Source: the human T2T-CHM13v2.0 reference genome, Homo sapiens. Taken from it: a DNA stretch of 64,000 bases. The DNA lies in NCBI RefSeq assembly GCF_009914755.1, contig NC_060934.1. The stretch is one strand, 5' to 3'. Shown piece by piece: positions 1 through 14,833 of this stretch (positions are counted from its first letter, which is position 1; each line of letters begins with the position of its first letter). Under the pieces are notes generated by a model, which saw only the letters and a program-made list of their open reading frames with translations, did not search any database and was not told the origin of the DNA. Position numbers and translations under genes: made by a program.

Positions 1-74
1 AAAACATTTCATGTGCAATAAGCTCTCAATCAAGTAAATAAAGTTTAAGTTGTAAAAAAAAAAAAAAAAAAAAA
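1..74 (+). pseudogene. 3' end of a processed pseudogene (from recollection of the locus possibly COX20P1; not verifiable from 53 nt)
   Basis: Non-Alu sequence with AATAAA at 37-42 followed 11 nt later by pure A21 (54-74). Confidence 0.6.
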
Positions 75-163
75 GAAAACAAAATTGTCTTAAGAAAACC
101 AGATTTGTCATAGGAAGAATCTCCTGAACTCTTAAGGAGCATTTAAATGGTATTTGAATTTTA

Positions 164-394
<231 letters not shown>

Positions 395-774
395 TCATCT
401 CAAAAAAAACAAAAACAAAAAAACAAAGTGTTGTTGAAGTCTGCCTTCTATATTGAGCCTTTACAGTATGAGTGAACATAAACCTTATTTGTAAAACTAG
501 TGTGATTTAATCTTGTCTGATTAATCTATATTTGTATGGTCTTTTAATTTGTTTTTTTAAAAATTAATATGGAAATTTATACTGGGTTTTTTTTTTATTG
601 TCTTGTTTTGTTTTTTGAGAGACAGTCTTCCTCTGTCACCCAGGCTGGAGTACAGTGGTGTGACCACGGTTCACTGCAAACTCTGCCTCCCAGACTCCAG
701 TGATCCCTTCCACTTTAGCCTCCTGAGTAGCTGGGACGGCAGGCATGCATCACCATGCCTGGCTAATTTTTGTA

Positions 775-820
775 TTAGGTTGGTGCAAAAGTAACTGCGG
801 TTTTTGCCATTACTTGTAAT
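775..820 (+). mobile_element. half MADE1 (Hsmar1 MITE, single TIR) inside an Alu
   Basis: TA|TTAGGTTGGTGCAAAAGTAACTGCGGTTTTTGCCATTACTTGTAAT matches the first half of MADE1. Confidence 0.9.
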
Positions 821-2383
821 ATTTTTTGTAGAGATAGGGTTTCACCATATTGAAGGTGAAACCCCACGCTGGTCCTGACCTCAAGTGATCTGCTCACCTT
901 GGCCTTCCAAAGTGCTGGGATTGCAGGCATGAGCCACGGTGCCCAGCCCTGGGGTATTTTTTAATGCTAATAAGTTTTCACTGGCTCTTAGTCTCCCAGT
1001 TATATGAAAGTATAAAATATGATGAAAAAGGTAAAAATATAGAACATATCAGGATTATAGAGAAATGAGGAGGGTTTGTAGTCCAAGGAATATTTGGAGG
1101 GAAAATGGACCATGACCTTTGACCACATCCTCAAGGAATGGATTATTTTTGTGAGAAACAGTCTCACTCTCAGCTCACTGCAGCTTTGACCAGCTGGGCT
1201 CAAGCGATTCTCCTGCCTCAGCCTCTTGAGCAGCTAGGACTTCAGGCACGCACCACTACACCTGGCTGATTTTTAAATTTTTTGTAGATACGGGGTTTCA
1301 CCATGTTGCCTAGACTGTTCTTGATCTCCTGGACTCAAGCAATCCTCTTGTCTAGGCCTCCCAAGGTGCTGGCTGGCATTACAGGCATGAGCCACCGCAA
1401 CTAGCTAAGGATTGGATTCTAAATTGAGTTCTAAATTTACCCATTTTCCCTAGCAGCTTGCTCTGAACTCAGTGTGTACTGTAAATATTGATTTTGGACA
1501 TAAGATGGTAATATTTTGAAGAGCAATGCTATACTCCTACAACTCACAGTTAACATCCTTTGACACACAAATGAATAAAACAGGCCAGTGGATTTGGAAA
1601 TTTGATAATCCGTACAATCTAAGAAAGTAAACTACCAAAAGAAGTAACTTAAATTCATTGTAACTTTAATTCAGTGCATCTTAGTTAGCATTAGTATCCA
1701 GTGGAATTCATTGTGAATGTTAACACTTACTATTTGCTACTGAATTGTTAATTTTAAAACAGTGCCTGGGGGTTAGACACTAGGACCTTGTTGTTAGACC
1801 TCTGGTTTGAGGCCTGGTTCTTGATACTGATCTGAATAAGAAATGTTCAGTGAGTGGAAATACTAATATTACTTAGTGGGAGATGCAAATGAGAGAATTC
1901 CTATGAAGTACTGTTCATAATGATACCTGGCAAGTAGTAAATTCTCAGTACATAATAATAGGTATTCATAAATGTTCTTTTTTGTTTGTTTGTTTGTTTT
2001 GAGATGTAGTCTCACTCTGTCGCCCAGGCTGGAGTGCGGTGCTGTGATAGCTCACTGCATCCTCCGCCTCCCAGGTTCAAGCAATTCTCCTGCCTCAGCC
2101 TCCTGCGTAGCTGAGATTACAGGTGTGTGCCACCATGCCTGGCTAATTTTTGTATTTTTAGTAGAGACTTGGTTGTATATTTTGTATATTTTAGTAGAGA
2201 CTGGGTTTCACCATGTTGGCCAGGCTGGTCTCGAACACCTGACCTCGTGATCCGCCCACCTCAGCCTCCCAAAGTGCTGGGATTACAGGCATGAGCCACC
2301 ATGCCTGGCGCAATATATATATATAATATATATAGTTTTTCCAATATTCTTTTATTAATTGTGAGTTTGAGACTGGAATTACT

Positions 2384-2457
2384 AGGTTTTTCTCAAATGT
2401 TGGAGGACAAGTAGAAAAGGAAAGGTTTTTCTCAAATGTTGGAGGACAAGTAGAAAA
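2384..2457 (+). repeat. perfect 35-bp direct repeat, period 39
   Basis: AGGTTTTTCTCAAATGTTGGAGGACAAGTAGAAAA at 2384-2418 and 2423-2457. Confidence 0.97.
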
Positions 2458-4233
2458 ATGCCTATCTAATAGGCATTTTTCCTTTAAATAAGTCAGTTCA
2501 TTTCAACATATACTAAAGTCCAGCAATTTGGCTGGGTCTGGTGTCTCACACCTGTAATCCCAGCACTTTGGGAAGCTAAAGTGAGAGGACTGCTTAAGCC
2601 CAGGAGTTTGAGACCAGCCTGGGCAACATAGCAAGACCCTGTCTCTTAACAGAAACAACAACCTACAGTTTATAGGAATACATTGATTCATTTAATCCTC
2701 ACAATGAACTTCTTTAATACATGTTATTACTAGCTCTGCTCCAAAGTTTGTTGTTTGATTCCTGCCAAACCCATGTTCTTAAAAATATATAAAATAGCTA
2801 AGATACTGAAAAGAATAATACACTAATCACCAGAGTTGGTTATTAACCTTAAGCATGGGTGGGGGATTGTTCATGGTAAGTGTGAAGAATGAGAAGGTAG
2901 TAGGTTTTGCTTTAGAGTCCTCTAGGGCCTGGGCAAGGTGGCATATGCCTGTAATCCCAGCCTTTTGGGAGGCTGAGGCAGGCGGATCACGTGAGCTCAG
3001 AAGTTTACAGACCAGCCTAGGCAACAAACCGAGACTCAGTCTCTACCAAAAACAAAACAACGAAGTGAAAATAAAGTAGAGTCCTCTAGGAGTAGGCTCA
3101 TCAAGGGGCCAAGAGGTGTGAGAGTGAAGCTTCAAGGAAGATCTACATTTTAGAGAGTTTTAAGTGAAAATTCTCCTTGGAGGTCTACAAACCAGACCAT
3201 TAAGGGGTCATGGCAAGTTAAGTCTGTGGTATTTAAGAAATGATTGAATCTGACTGATAATTCAATTATAATTTGGTAGAAGTTTAAGATATTTGAATAA
3301 GGAGGGAAATTGGTAGAATGACAGTTTGAGGCAGATTGGGTGGTCTTAGAAGGTTTTTCCTCCTTTGGGAATAAATTATACTGGCTCATAGCCCCAAAGA
3401 AAAAGGAAGATAGCCAGGAATACTTGTGAACAGAGAGCATTAACTCTTAGGTCAGTCATGATTTGCTACACATTTGGAGCCAATCTTCAATTTGCACGTT
3501 AAAAAAAATTAAATAGAGGTTTTTGATCCCTCCCTCAATTAACAACCTGCTCAACTTCCCCTCTGCCCTTCACTCCAGCCCTGATTTGAAAGGATTTCTT
3601 GTGAGTTCTAAGAAGCCCTGGACAGATGAGGGTGGAGTTCTCGTTTGGGGTAGGAATGAGAAAATTAGAATATCAAAGTAATCCCAGCACTTTGGGAGGC
3701 CAAGGCAGGAGGATATCTTTAGCCCAGGAATTTGACACTACTAGCCTGGGCAACAGAGTGAGACCTTGTCTCTACAAAAGCAAAAGTAGCTGAGCTTCAG
3801 GGGATCCCTTGAGCCTGAGAGATCGAGACTGTAGTGAGCTGTGATCCTCTTACTGCACTACAGCCTCGGTGATAAAGTGAAAAGGAAAGAAGCCTGGCTC
3901 TAGTGAAGAGATTCTGGAAACTTCTGAAGCCTCTGCTGTGGCTCCCATCCAGCCTAGATATGGAAGAGCCATGAGGCCCTACATCACCAAGGTAAGGAGA
4001 GTGGAGTCTAGGGTCACACAGTTTCTCAGATCCACTTTTGGGGCAGCACTTTCTTTGACCCTGACTTTCTGTGGACTTCGAATCTCTCAGCTGATGGCTG
4101 TAGTCAGTAGGGAAACAGATCAGAGGCAAAGCTCCAAGAATATTAGGTATTCGACACTTGGTTTAGCAGCTGACTTTTGTTTTCTATTATTTTACTCGTG
4201 TGTGTGTGTGTGTGTGTGTGTGAGTGTGTGTGA

Positions 4234-4533
<300 letters not shown>

Positions 4534-4980
4534 TAAATTGATGGCTGAAATTCTGAACTAGTCAAATTAGTTCATTTCACTTCTTTGGGAAAATAAGGTT
4601 GTTGGAAAAACTTTGGGAAAAACTGTTGTACAGGTCTTCTTTGAAGAGATTTTTGTTGCTTTTGCCTTAAATGTTCATTTTAGATTTCTCCTTAGGTGAA
4701 TCTTTGGTGGGTAGCCAGTTGTTTCCTATTCTTTTTTTTTTTTTTTTTTTTTTTAAGAGACAGAGCCTCATTCTCTCGCCCTCAGGCTGGAGTGCTGTGG
4801 TGCCATCTTGGCTTACTGCAACCTCTGCCTTCCAGGTTCAAGAGATCTCGTGGTCGGGCACAGTGGCTCACACCCTGTAATCCCAGCATTTTGGGAGGCC
4901 AACATGGCAAACCCCGTCTCTAGTAAAAATACAAAAATTAGCCCAGTGTGGTAGGGCACACCTGTAATTCTAGCTACTCA

Positions 4981-5109
<129 letters not shown>

Positions 5110-5976
5110 TCAGCCTCCAAAGTAGCTGGGATTACAGGCATGTGCCACCTCGCCTGGCTAATTTTTGTAGTTTTCGTAGAGCCAGGGTTTTGCCATGTTG
5201 GCCAGGCTGGTCTTGAACTCCTTACCTCAAGTGACCCACTCACTGCGGCTTCCAAACTGTTGGGATTACAGGCGTGAGCCACCATGACCAGCCAATCTTT
5301 TCTTTTTATTTAAATTTGGTTTAATTAAATGGCCAGTGGTACTGGGCACTGTATGGTGGTTGGTTGCAGAACAGGGCCTGACCTCTATACTTCTTAGTAG
5401 TGTCAGTGGGAGGAAGTGAATACAGTATCTTAAAGTCAACATTATGAAGGCACCAGTGGTTGTCTCTGAGTTTTTTCCAAAAACACTCAGTTTTCAGGCT
5501 GACAGCATAGGTCCTGACAGTGTCATTTCTGATTAGACAAATACTTTGTGGTCTGCCCATTGTAGTGTTTCACATAATACTTTGTTAATAATTTGGTCTT
5601 TCCTCAACAATTTGATATATTTACTTTATGCATTCTCAAGAGAAATGAAAATTGGATGTTGGTGAGTGGAGGACAATCTGAGACATTACAATTGGGTCAC
5701 AGTACCCAAATGGTATGTCCGTGGTATTAAAATTTCACGGAGAGGGTTATTAGGGAAAAAAATGTCTAAAAAAGCCTGGAGGGAATGGTTATTGGTGAAG
5801 ATGAAAAACAGTTGACAAACCCTGAGCTACCTCTAGTAAAGGTCTTACTTGACCATGTCAATGAACAGACTTCGAAAGGCTTTATTTTTCTATATGATTT
5901 GAGTAGCTGTTTCTTTATGGGTTGTTGTTGTTTTTGGAGTAGCTGTTTCTTGATACAGGAAATACTGCATGTATGG

Positions 5977-5980
<4 letters not shown>

Positions 5981-6020
<40 letters not shown>
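5981..6020 (+). repeat. (TG)20 microsatellite
   Basis: Pure TG run. Confidence 0.97.
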
Positions 6021-6021
<1 letters not shown>

Positions 6022-6520
6022 TGGAGGGGCTATAGTCAGATTCTGTTCAAATGACTCAGTCATTTCAGAATAAAACACCACATTGCTCCTTTAGACTGGG
6101 TATAAGATTATCAAGACAATGGGAATCTGGAAAAATGAGAAAATGGAGAGGGCGTAGGAACTACTAGACCCAGACTTGATCTAAGGAGTTCAACATTATT
6201 CTTGCTTCAGGGTGGGTAGGATGGTCCCAGAGCAAGTTCTCGTCTTAGGATAATTTTTAAAAGTGATATGAAATATAACTAATAAAAAAGTTCAAGGGTT
6301 CTTAATTAAGCTCATTAATTAATGTGAATGTCTTATGAAGATTTTCTTTTCTTTCTTTCTTTTTTTTTTCTTTTAAGACAGAGTTTCACTCTGTTGCTCA
6401 GGCTAGAGTGTAGTGAGGTCAGGAGTGCGAGACCAGCCTGGCCAACATGGCAAAACCCAGTCCCTACTAAAAATACAAAATTTAGTTGGGTGTGGTCCTG
6501 TGAGCCTGTAATCCCAGCTA

Positions 6521-6628
<108 letters not shown>

Positions 6629-6634
6629 TCAAAG

Positions 6635-6693
6635 ATTACTATTACTATTATTATTACTACTACTACTATTATTATTATTATTATTATTATTAT
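6635..6693 (+). repeat. (TAT/TAC)n microsatellite between tail-to-tail Alus
   Basis: attactattactattattattactactactactattatt... Confidence 0.95.
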
Positions 6694-7134
6694 TTTAGAC
6701 AGGGTCTCTCGCCCAGGCTGCAGTGCAGTGGTTCACACTGGGCTCACTGGAACCTGTGCCTCCCAGGTTCACGTGATCCTCCCGCTTCAGCCTCCCAAGT
6801 AGATGGGACTATAGGCGTGCACCACCACGCTTGGCTAATTTTTAGTAGAGACCGAGTTTCACTATGTCACCCAGGCTGGTTTCAAACTTCAAGCATGCTG
6901 GAGTCAAGTCTGCCTGCCACGGCCTTCCAAAGTGCTGGGAATACAGGCGTGAGCCACCATGCCCCGCCCTTTCTGTACATAAATCTTAGAAGGACCTCAA
7001 GATCTTTCCTATAGAGAAATACATACACTGAAATTCTCAGTGTTCTTGGATATGCACATCTGTAAAATTAAAAGTACCAAGTCAAAAAATGAGACTCCTC
7101 TTTCTGCAATCCTATTAGTGTTAAACACTAGTAA

Positions 7135-7293
<159 letters not shown>

Positions 7294-7446
7294 TAATTTT
7301 TGTCTTTTTAGTAGAACCGGGGTTTCACCATGTTGGTCAGGCTGGTCTTGAACTCCTGACCTCAGGTGATCCGCCTGCCTCGACCTCCCAAAGTGCTGGG
7401 ATTACAGGCGGAAGCTGACATGCCCTGTCTGTCATTTATTTTATAG

Positions 7447-7701
<255 letters not shown>

Positions 7702-7745
7702 TGAGCCACTGTGCTTGGCCTAAATATTCTTTTTCTTTCTTTCTT

Positions 7746-7776
<31 letters not shown>

Positions 7777-8169
7777 GAGATGGAGTCTTGTTCTGTCGCC
7801 CAGGCTGGAGTGCAGTGGCGCTATCTAGGCTCACTGCAGGCTCCGCTTCCCAGGTTCACGCCATTCTCCTGCCTCAGCCTCCCAAGTAGCTGGGACTACA
7901 GGCGCCTGCCACCACACCCGGCTAATTTTTTTGTATTTTAGTAGAGATGGGATTTCACCATGTTAGCCAGGATGGTCTCTATCTCCTGACCTCGTGATCT
8001 GCCCGCCTTGGCCTCCCAAAGTGCTGGGATTACAGGTGTGAGCCACCACCCAGCCTAAATATTATTTTTCTTACATCTCTTGTGTATGTATGTGACACGT
8101 AATATTTATACAATATTTATATGATTTTTATGTAATGATATTATGTAAATAAAAATATTTATGTAATAT

Positions 8170-8352
8170 TTATATGATGGTCGCATTTTAGTGTCCATAG
8201 TCTTATTGCAATACTACTACACTCATTAGTTTGCATATTATTTTTGAGGCTGCTTACTAGATACAACAGGAGTAACTGTGACAGGTTGTATGGCACATGA
8301 AGCCTAAAATATTTACTATCTGACCCTTTACAGAAAAGTTCGCCGAACCTTG
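8170..8352 (-). mobile_element. MER58-like hAT-Charlie relic
   Basis: AAGCCTAAAATATTTACTATCTGACCCTTTACAGAAAAGTTCGCCGAACC terminal motif. Confidence 0.8.
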
Positions 8353-8428
8353 GTGTAAACAATGTGTCTTTTGGCAACATGATAATCTGTTTAATCTTAG
8401 ACATTTTTATTCTTTTTTTTCTTTTTGA

Positions 8429-8524
<96 letters not shown>

Positions 8525-8526
8525 TG

Positions 8527-8983
<457 letters not shown>

Positions 8984-9825
8984 TGAGCCACCGCACCTGG
9001 CCTATTTATTTATTTATTGAGACGATGTCTCATTCTTTTAACCTGGCTGGGGAACAGTGGCATAATAGTATCTCACTGCAGCCTTGAACTCCAAGTCTCA
9101 AGGGATCCTCTGGCTTCAGCCTCCCCAGTAGGTAGGACTACAGGTTCATGCCACTGCATGCGGCTCTTTGTTTTTTCATTTATTCTTTTACTAAATTTAC
9201 AAATAAATATTGTGTATATTTATCATGTACAACATGAAGTTTTCAAATGTGTATACACTGTGTAATTGGAGTTATCATTCTTTTTACAATTGGTATCAAT
9301 GGGAACACTCCACTGTCTCGATTCCTGTGGTATGTCTGATGAGCTGTTTCAAGGTTTTACAAAATTAGTCTGTAGTCCCAGCTTCTCTAGAGCTGAGGCA
9401 GGAGACTTGCTTCAGTCCAGCACTTCAAAATCAGGCTTGGCAACATAGAGAGACCCTGTCTCTACAAAAAATAGGAAAAATATAAATTAACCAGTTGTGG
9501 TTACAGGCGCCTGTAGACCCAGCTACTCAGAAGGGTGAGATGGAAGGATAACTTGAACCTGGGAGTTCGAGGCTACAGTGAGCCGTTATCGTGCCACTGC
9601 ACTCCAGCCTGGGGAACAGAGTGAGACCTTGTCTCAAAAAAAAAAGAAAATAAAGTAGATAAATAAGGATTAGAGGAGGAAATAGGGAGTGATTGCTTAA
9701 ACAGGGCACAGCATTTCTCTTTGGGGTTTTGAAAATGCTCTGGAAGTAGAGAATGGCTATGTTGTACAACAGTACAAATAAACTAAAAACCACTGAATTG
9801 TACACTTTTCTTCTTTTTTTTTTGA

Positions 9826-10025
<200 letters not shown>

Positions 10026-11064
10026 TGAACTCCTGATCTCAGGTGATCTGCTTGTCTAGGCCTCCCAAAGTGCTAGGATTACAGGTATGCGCTACTGTAC
10101 CCAGCTGTATTGTACACTTTGCAACTGTAAAGTGATGGATTTCATGTCATGTAAATTCATCTCAATAAGAAAAATTAGGTTGGGTGCAGCGGCTTGTGTC
10201 TGTAACCCCAGTACTTTGGGAGGTCAAGGTGAGCAGACCACTTGAATCCAGGAGTTTTGAGACCAGCCTGGGCAACATGGTGATATCCTGTCTCTACAAC
10301 AAATACAAAAAAATTAGCCAGGCATGGTGGTATGTGCCTGTGGTCCCAGCTACTCGGGAGGCTGAGCTTGGGAGGATCATCTAAGCCTGGGAGGTTGAAG
10401 CCACGGTGAACTGTGATTGTACCACTGCACTCCAGCCTGGGTGACAGAGTGAGACCCTGTCTCAAAAAAAAAAAAAAAAAAAAATGAAAGAAAGAAAGAA
10501 ATTGAAACTATAGCAGTTACTCTAAAGACCCAAACACTAAAAATAACACAATGCCCATGTCCAGCAGAAAAAATAACATTGTTATGTATTTAATCAGTGA
10601 ACTTACTATACAGTGAGAATGGACTACAAGTATACTTAACAGCTCATTTTGTGAAAACTTAACAAGCTATATACTTATGATTTGTACACCTTTCTATGTG
10701 TATGTTCTACTTGAAAACAGTTTGTATCAAAATAATAGGTATGGCTGTGCACGGTGGCTCACACCTGTAATGCCAGCACTTTGGGAGGCTGAGGCGGGCA
10801 GATCACCAGAGGTCAGGAGTCCAAGACCAGCCTGGCCAACATTGTGAAACCCCATCTCTATTAAAAATACAAAAATTAGCTGAGTGTGGTGGCTGTAATC
10901 CCAGCTACTTGGGAGGCTGAGGAGGAAAATTGCTCGAACCCGGGAGGCAGAGGTTGCAGTGATCTGAGATCACACAACTGCACTCCAGCCTGGGCAACAC
11001 AGCAAGACCCCGTCTGAAAAAAAATAAATTATTTAAAACATAAAATAAAAAATAAATAAAATAG

Positions 11065-11343
<279 letters not shown>

Positions 11344-11901
11344 TGATCCGCCCACCTTGGCCTCCCAAAGTGCTAGGATTACAGGCATGAGCCACCACCC
11401 CTGGCCTTTGATTTTGTTTCTTGGAGAAGAGGTCTCACTTTGTCACCCAGGCTGGAGTATAGTAGCACAGTCCTGGCTCATTGGAACCTCCACCTCCTGT
11501 GCTGAAGCGATGCTGTCACCATCAGCCTCCCGGGTAGCTGGGGCCGCAGGTGTGCATCACCACACCTGACTAATTTTTTTTGTATTTTTGGTAGAGACTG
11601 GGTTTCACCATCTTGCTCAGGCTGGTCTTGAATTCCTGGGCTCAAGCGATCCTCCCATCTTGTCCTCCCAAAGTGCTGCGATTACAGGTGTGAGTCACTA
11701 TGCCTAGCCTAGTTGTCTTTTCTTTTTGTATATTATGTCCTTTTGGTATTTTATGACTTCGCTGAATGTGTGAAAAGCAAAAATAATATTTTAGGCTGTA
11801 TCCACAGGGGCTTTACATTTAGTTGTTATTAAATTTTAATCTTCTATGGCTGTTATTCAGATATTTAAGTAGATGACATAAGTAATTTCTGTATTTTACA
11901 G

Positions 11902-14209
11902 GCAGATTTTGACAACAAACCAGTAAATGGCCCCAAGTCAGAATCCATGGACTACAGTAGATGTGGTCATGGGGAAGAACAAAAATTGGAATTGAACCCA
12001 CATACTGTTGAAAATGTAACTAAAAATGAAGACAGCATGACAGGCATCGAGGTGGAGAAGTGGACACAAAACAAGAAATCACAGTTAACTGATCACGTGA
12101 AAGGAGATTTTAGTGCTAATGTCCCAGAAGCTGAAAAATCGAAAAACTCTGAAGTTGACAAGAAACGAACCAAATCTCCAAAATTGTTTGTACAAACCGT
12201 AAGAAATGGCATTAAACATGTACACTGTTTACCAGCTGAAACAAATGTTTCATTTAAAAAATTCAATATTGAAGAATTCGGCAAGACATTGGAAAACAAT
12301 TCTTATAAATTCCTAAAAGACACTGCAAACCATAAAAACGCTATGAGCTCTGTTGCTACTGATATGAGTTGTGATCATCTCAAGGGGAGAAGTAACGTTT
12401 TAGTATTCCAGCAGCCTGGCTTTAACTGCAGTTCCATTCCACATTCTTCACACTCCATCATAAATCATCATGCTAGTATACACAATGAAGGTGATCAACC
12501 AAAAACTCCTGAGAATATACCAAGTAAAGAACCAAAAGATGGATCTCCCGTTCAACCAAGTCTCTTATCGTTAATGAAAGATAGGAGATTAACATTGGAG
12601 CAAGTGGTAGCCATAGAGGCCCTGACTCAACTCTCAGAAGCCCCATCAGAGAATTCCTCCCCATCAAAGTCAGAGAAGGATGAGGAATCAGAGCAGAGAA
12701 CAGCCAGTTTGCTTAATAGCTGCAAAGCTATCCTCTACACTGTAAGAAAAGACCTCCAAGACCCAAACTTACAGGGAGAGCCACCAAAACTTAATCACTG
12801 TCCATCTTTGGAAAAACAAAGTTCATGCAACACGGTGGTTTTCAATGGGCAAACTACTACCCTTTCCAACTCACATATCAACTCAGCTACTAACCAAGCA
12901 TCCACAAAGTCACATGAATATTCAAAAGTCACAAATTCATTATCTCTTTTTATACCAAAATCAAATTCATCCAAGATTGACACCAATAAAAGTATTGCTC
13001 AAGGGATAATTACTCTTGACAATTGTTCCAATGATTTGCATCAGTTGCCACCAAGAAATAATGAAGTGGAGTATTGCAACCAGTTACTGGACAGCAGCAA
13101 AAAATTGGACTCAGATGATCTATCATGTCAGGATGCAACCCATACCCAAATTGAGGAAGATGTTGCAACACAGTTGACACAACTTGCTTCGATAATTAAG
13201 ATCAATTATATAAAACCAGAGGACAAAAAAGTTGAAAGTACACCAACAAGCCTTGTCACATGTAATGTACAGCAAAAATACAATCAGGAGAAGGGCACAA
13301 TGCAACAGAAACCACCTTCAAGTGTACACAATAATCATGGTTCATCATTAACAAAACAAAAGAACCCAACCCAGAAAAAGACAAAATCCACCCCATCAAG
13401 AGATCGGCGGAAAAAGAAGCCCACAGTTGTAAGTTATCAAGAAAATGATCGGCAGAAGTGGGAAAAGTTGTCCTATATGTATGGCACAATATGCGACATT
13501 TGGATAGCATCGAAATTTCAAAATTTTGGGCAATTTTGTCCACATGATTTTCCTACTGTATTTGGGAAAATTTCTTCCTCGACCAAAATATGGAAACCAC
13601 TGGCTCAAACGAGGTCCATTATGCAACCCAAAACAGTATTTCCACCACTCACTCAGATAAAATTACAGAGATATCCTGAATCAGCAGAGGAAAAGGTGAA
13701 GGTTGAACCATTGGATTCACTCAGCTTATTTCATCTTAAAACGGAATCCAACGGGAAGGCATTCACTGATAAAGCTTATAATTCTCAGGTACAGTTAACG
13801 GTGAATGCCAATCAGAAAGCCCATCCTTTGACCCAGCCCTCCTCTCCACCTAACCAGTGTGCTAACGTGATGGCAGGCGATGACCAAATACGGTTTCAGC
13901 AGGTTGTTAAGGAGCAACTCATGCATCAGAGACTGCCAACATTGCCTGGTATCTCTCATGAAACACCCTTACCGGAGTCAGCACTAACTCTCAGGAATGT
14001 AAATGTAGTGTGTTCAGGTGGAATTACAGTGGTTTCTACCAAAAGTGAAGAGGAAGTCTGTTCATCCAGTTTTGGAACATCAGAATTTTCCACAGTGGAC
14101 AGTGCACAGAAAAATTTTAATGATTATGCCATGAACTTCTTTACTAACCCTACAAAAAACCTAGTGTCTATAACTAAAGATTCTGAACTGCCCACCTGCA
14201 GCTGTCTTG
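11902..14209 (+). CDS. TET1: TET1 exon 4 (2308 bp; codons ~657-1426; includes SIN3A-interaction helix and start of Cys-rich domain)
   Basis: ttttacag|GCA acceptor, CTTG|gtgagt donor; 792-aa ORF reads as TET1 (ADFDNKPVNGPKSESMDYSRC...VAIEALTQLSE...ELPTCSCL). Confidence 0.98.
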
Positions 14210-14525
14210 GTGAGTACTTGTGTGCATGTGTTCTTATTTCACCTGCACAAATTACCTCAATCATGACTGAAGCAAATTCTGATTCATCTTTTTTGTGTGA
14301 TATTTTTTCCCCATTCTTATTCTAACTAAGATGGATTAAGTAAATCTATAACCATTTTTCTGTGGGAACTTTTGGTTCTGCCACAAGAATGGAAAATTCA
14401 GCTCATAATTTGGAAAAACAAACTTGGAAAAGGTAAACCCGCTCAAGTGGAAAAATAGGCTGATATATCTCTCAATGTTGAATGTCTGTCAATTTATCGT
14501 GCGTAGCATAAGAATGAATTTCGTA

Positions 14526-14833
<308 letters not shown>

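Noticed and set aside
12093-13626. Antisense ORFs over exon 4 (and 58115-58638 over exon 12)
   Set aside because: Short shadow ORFs of coding sequence with no independent support.
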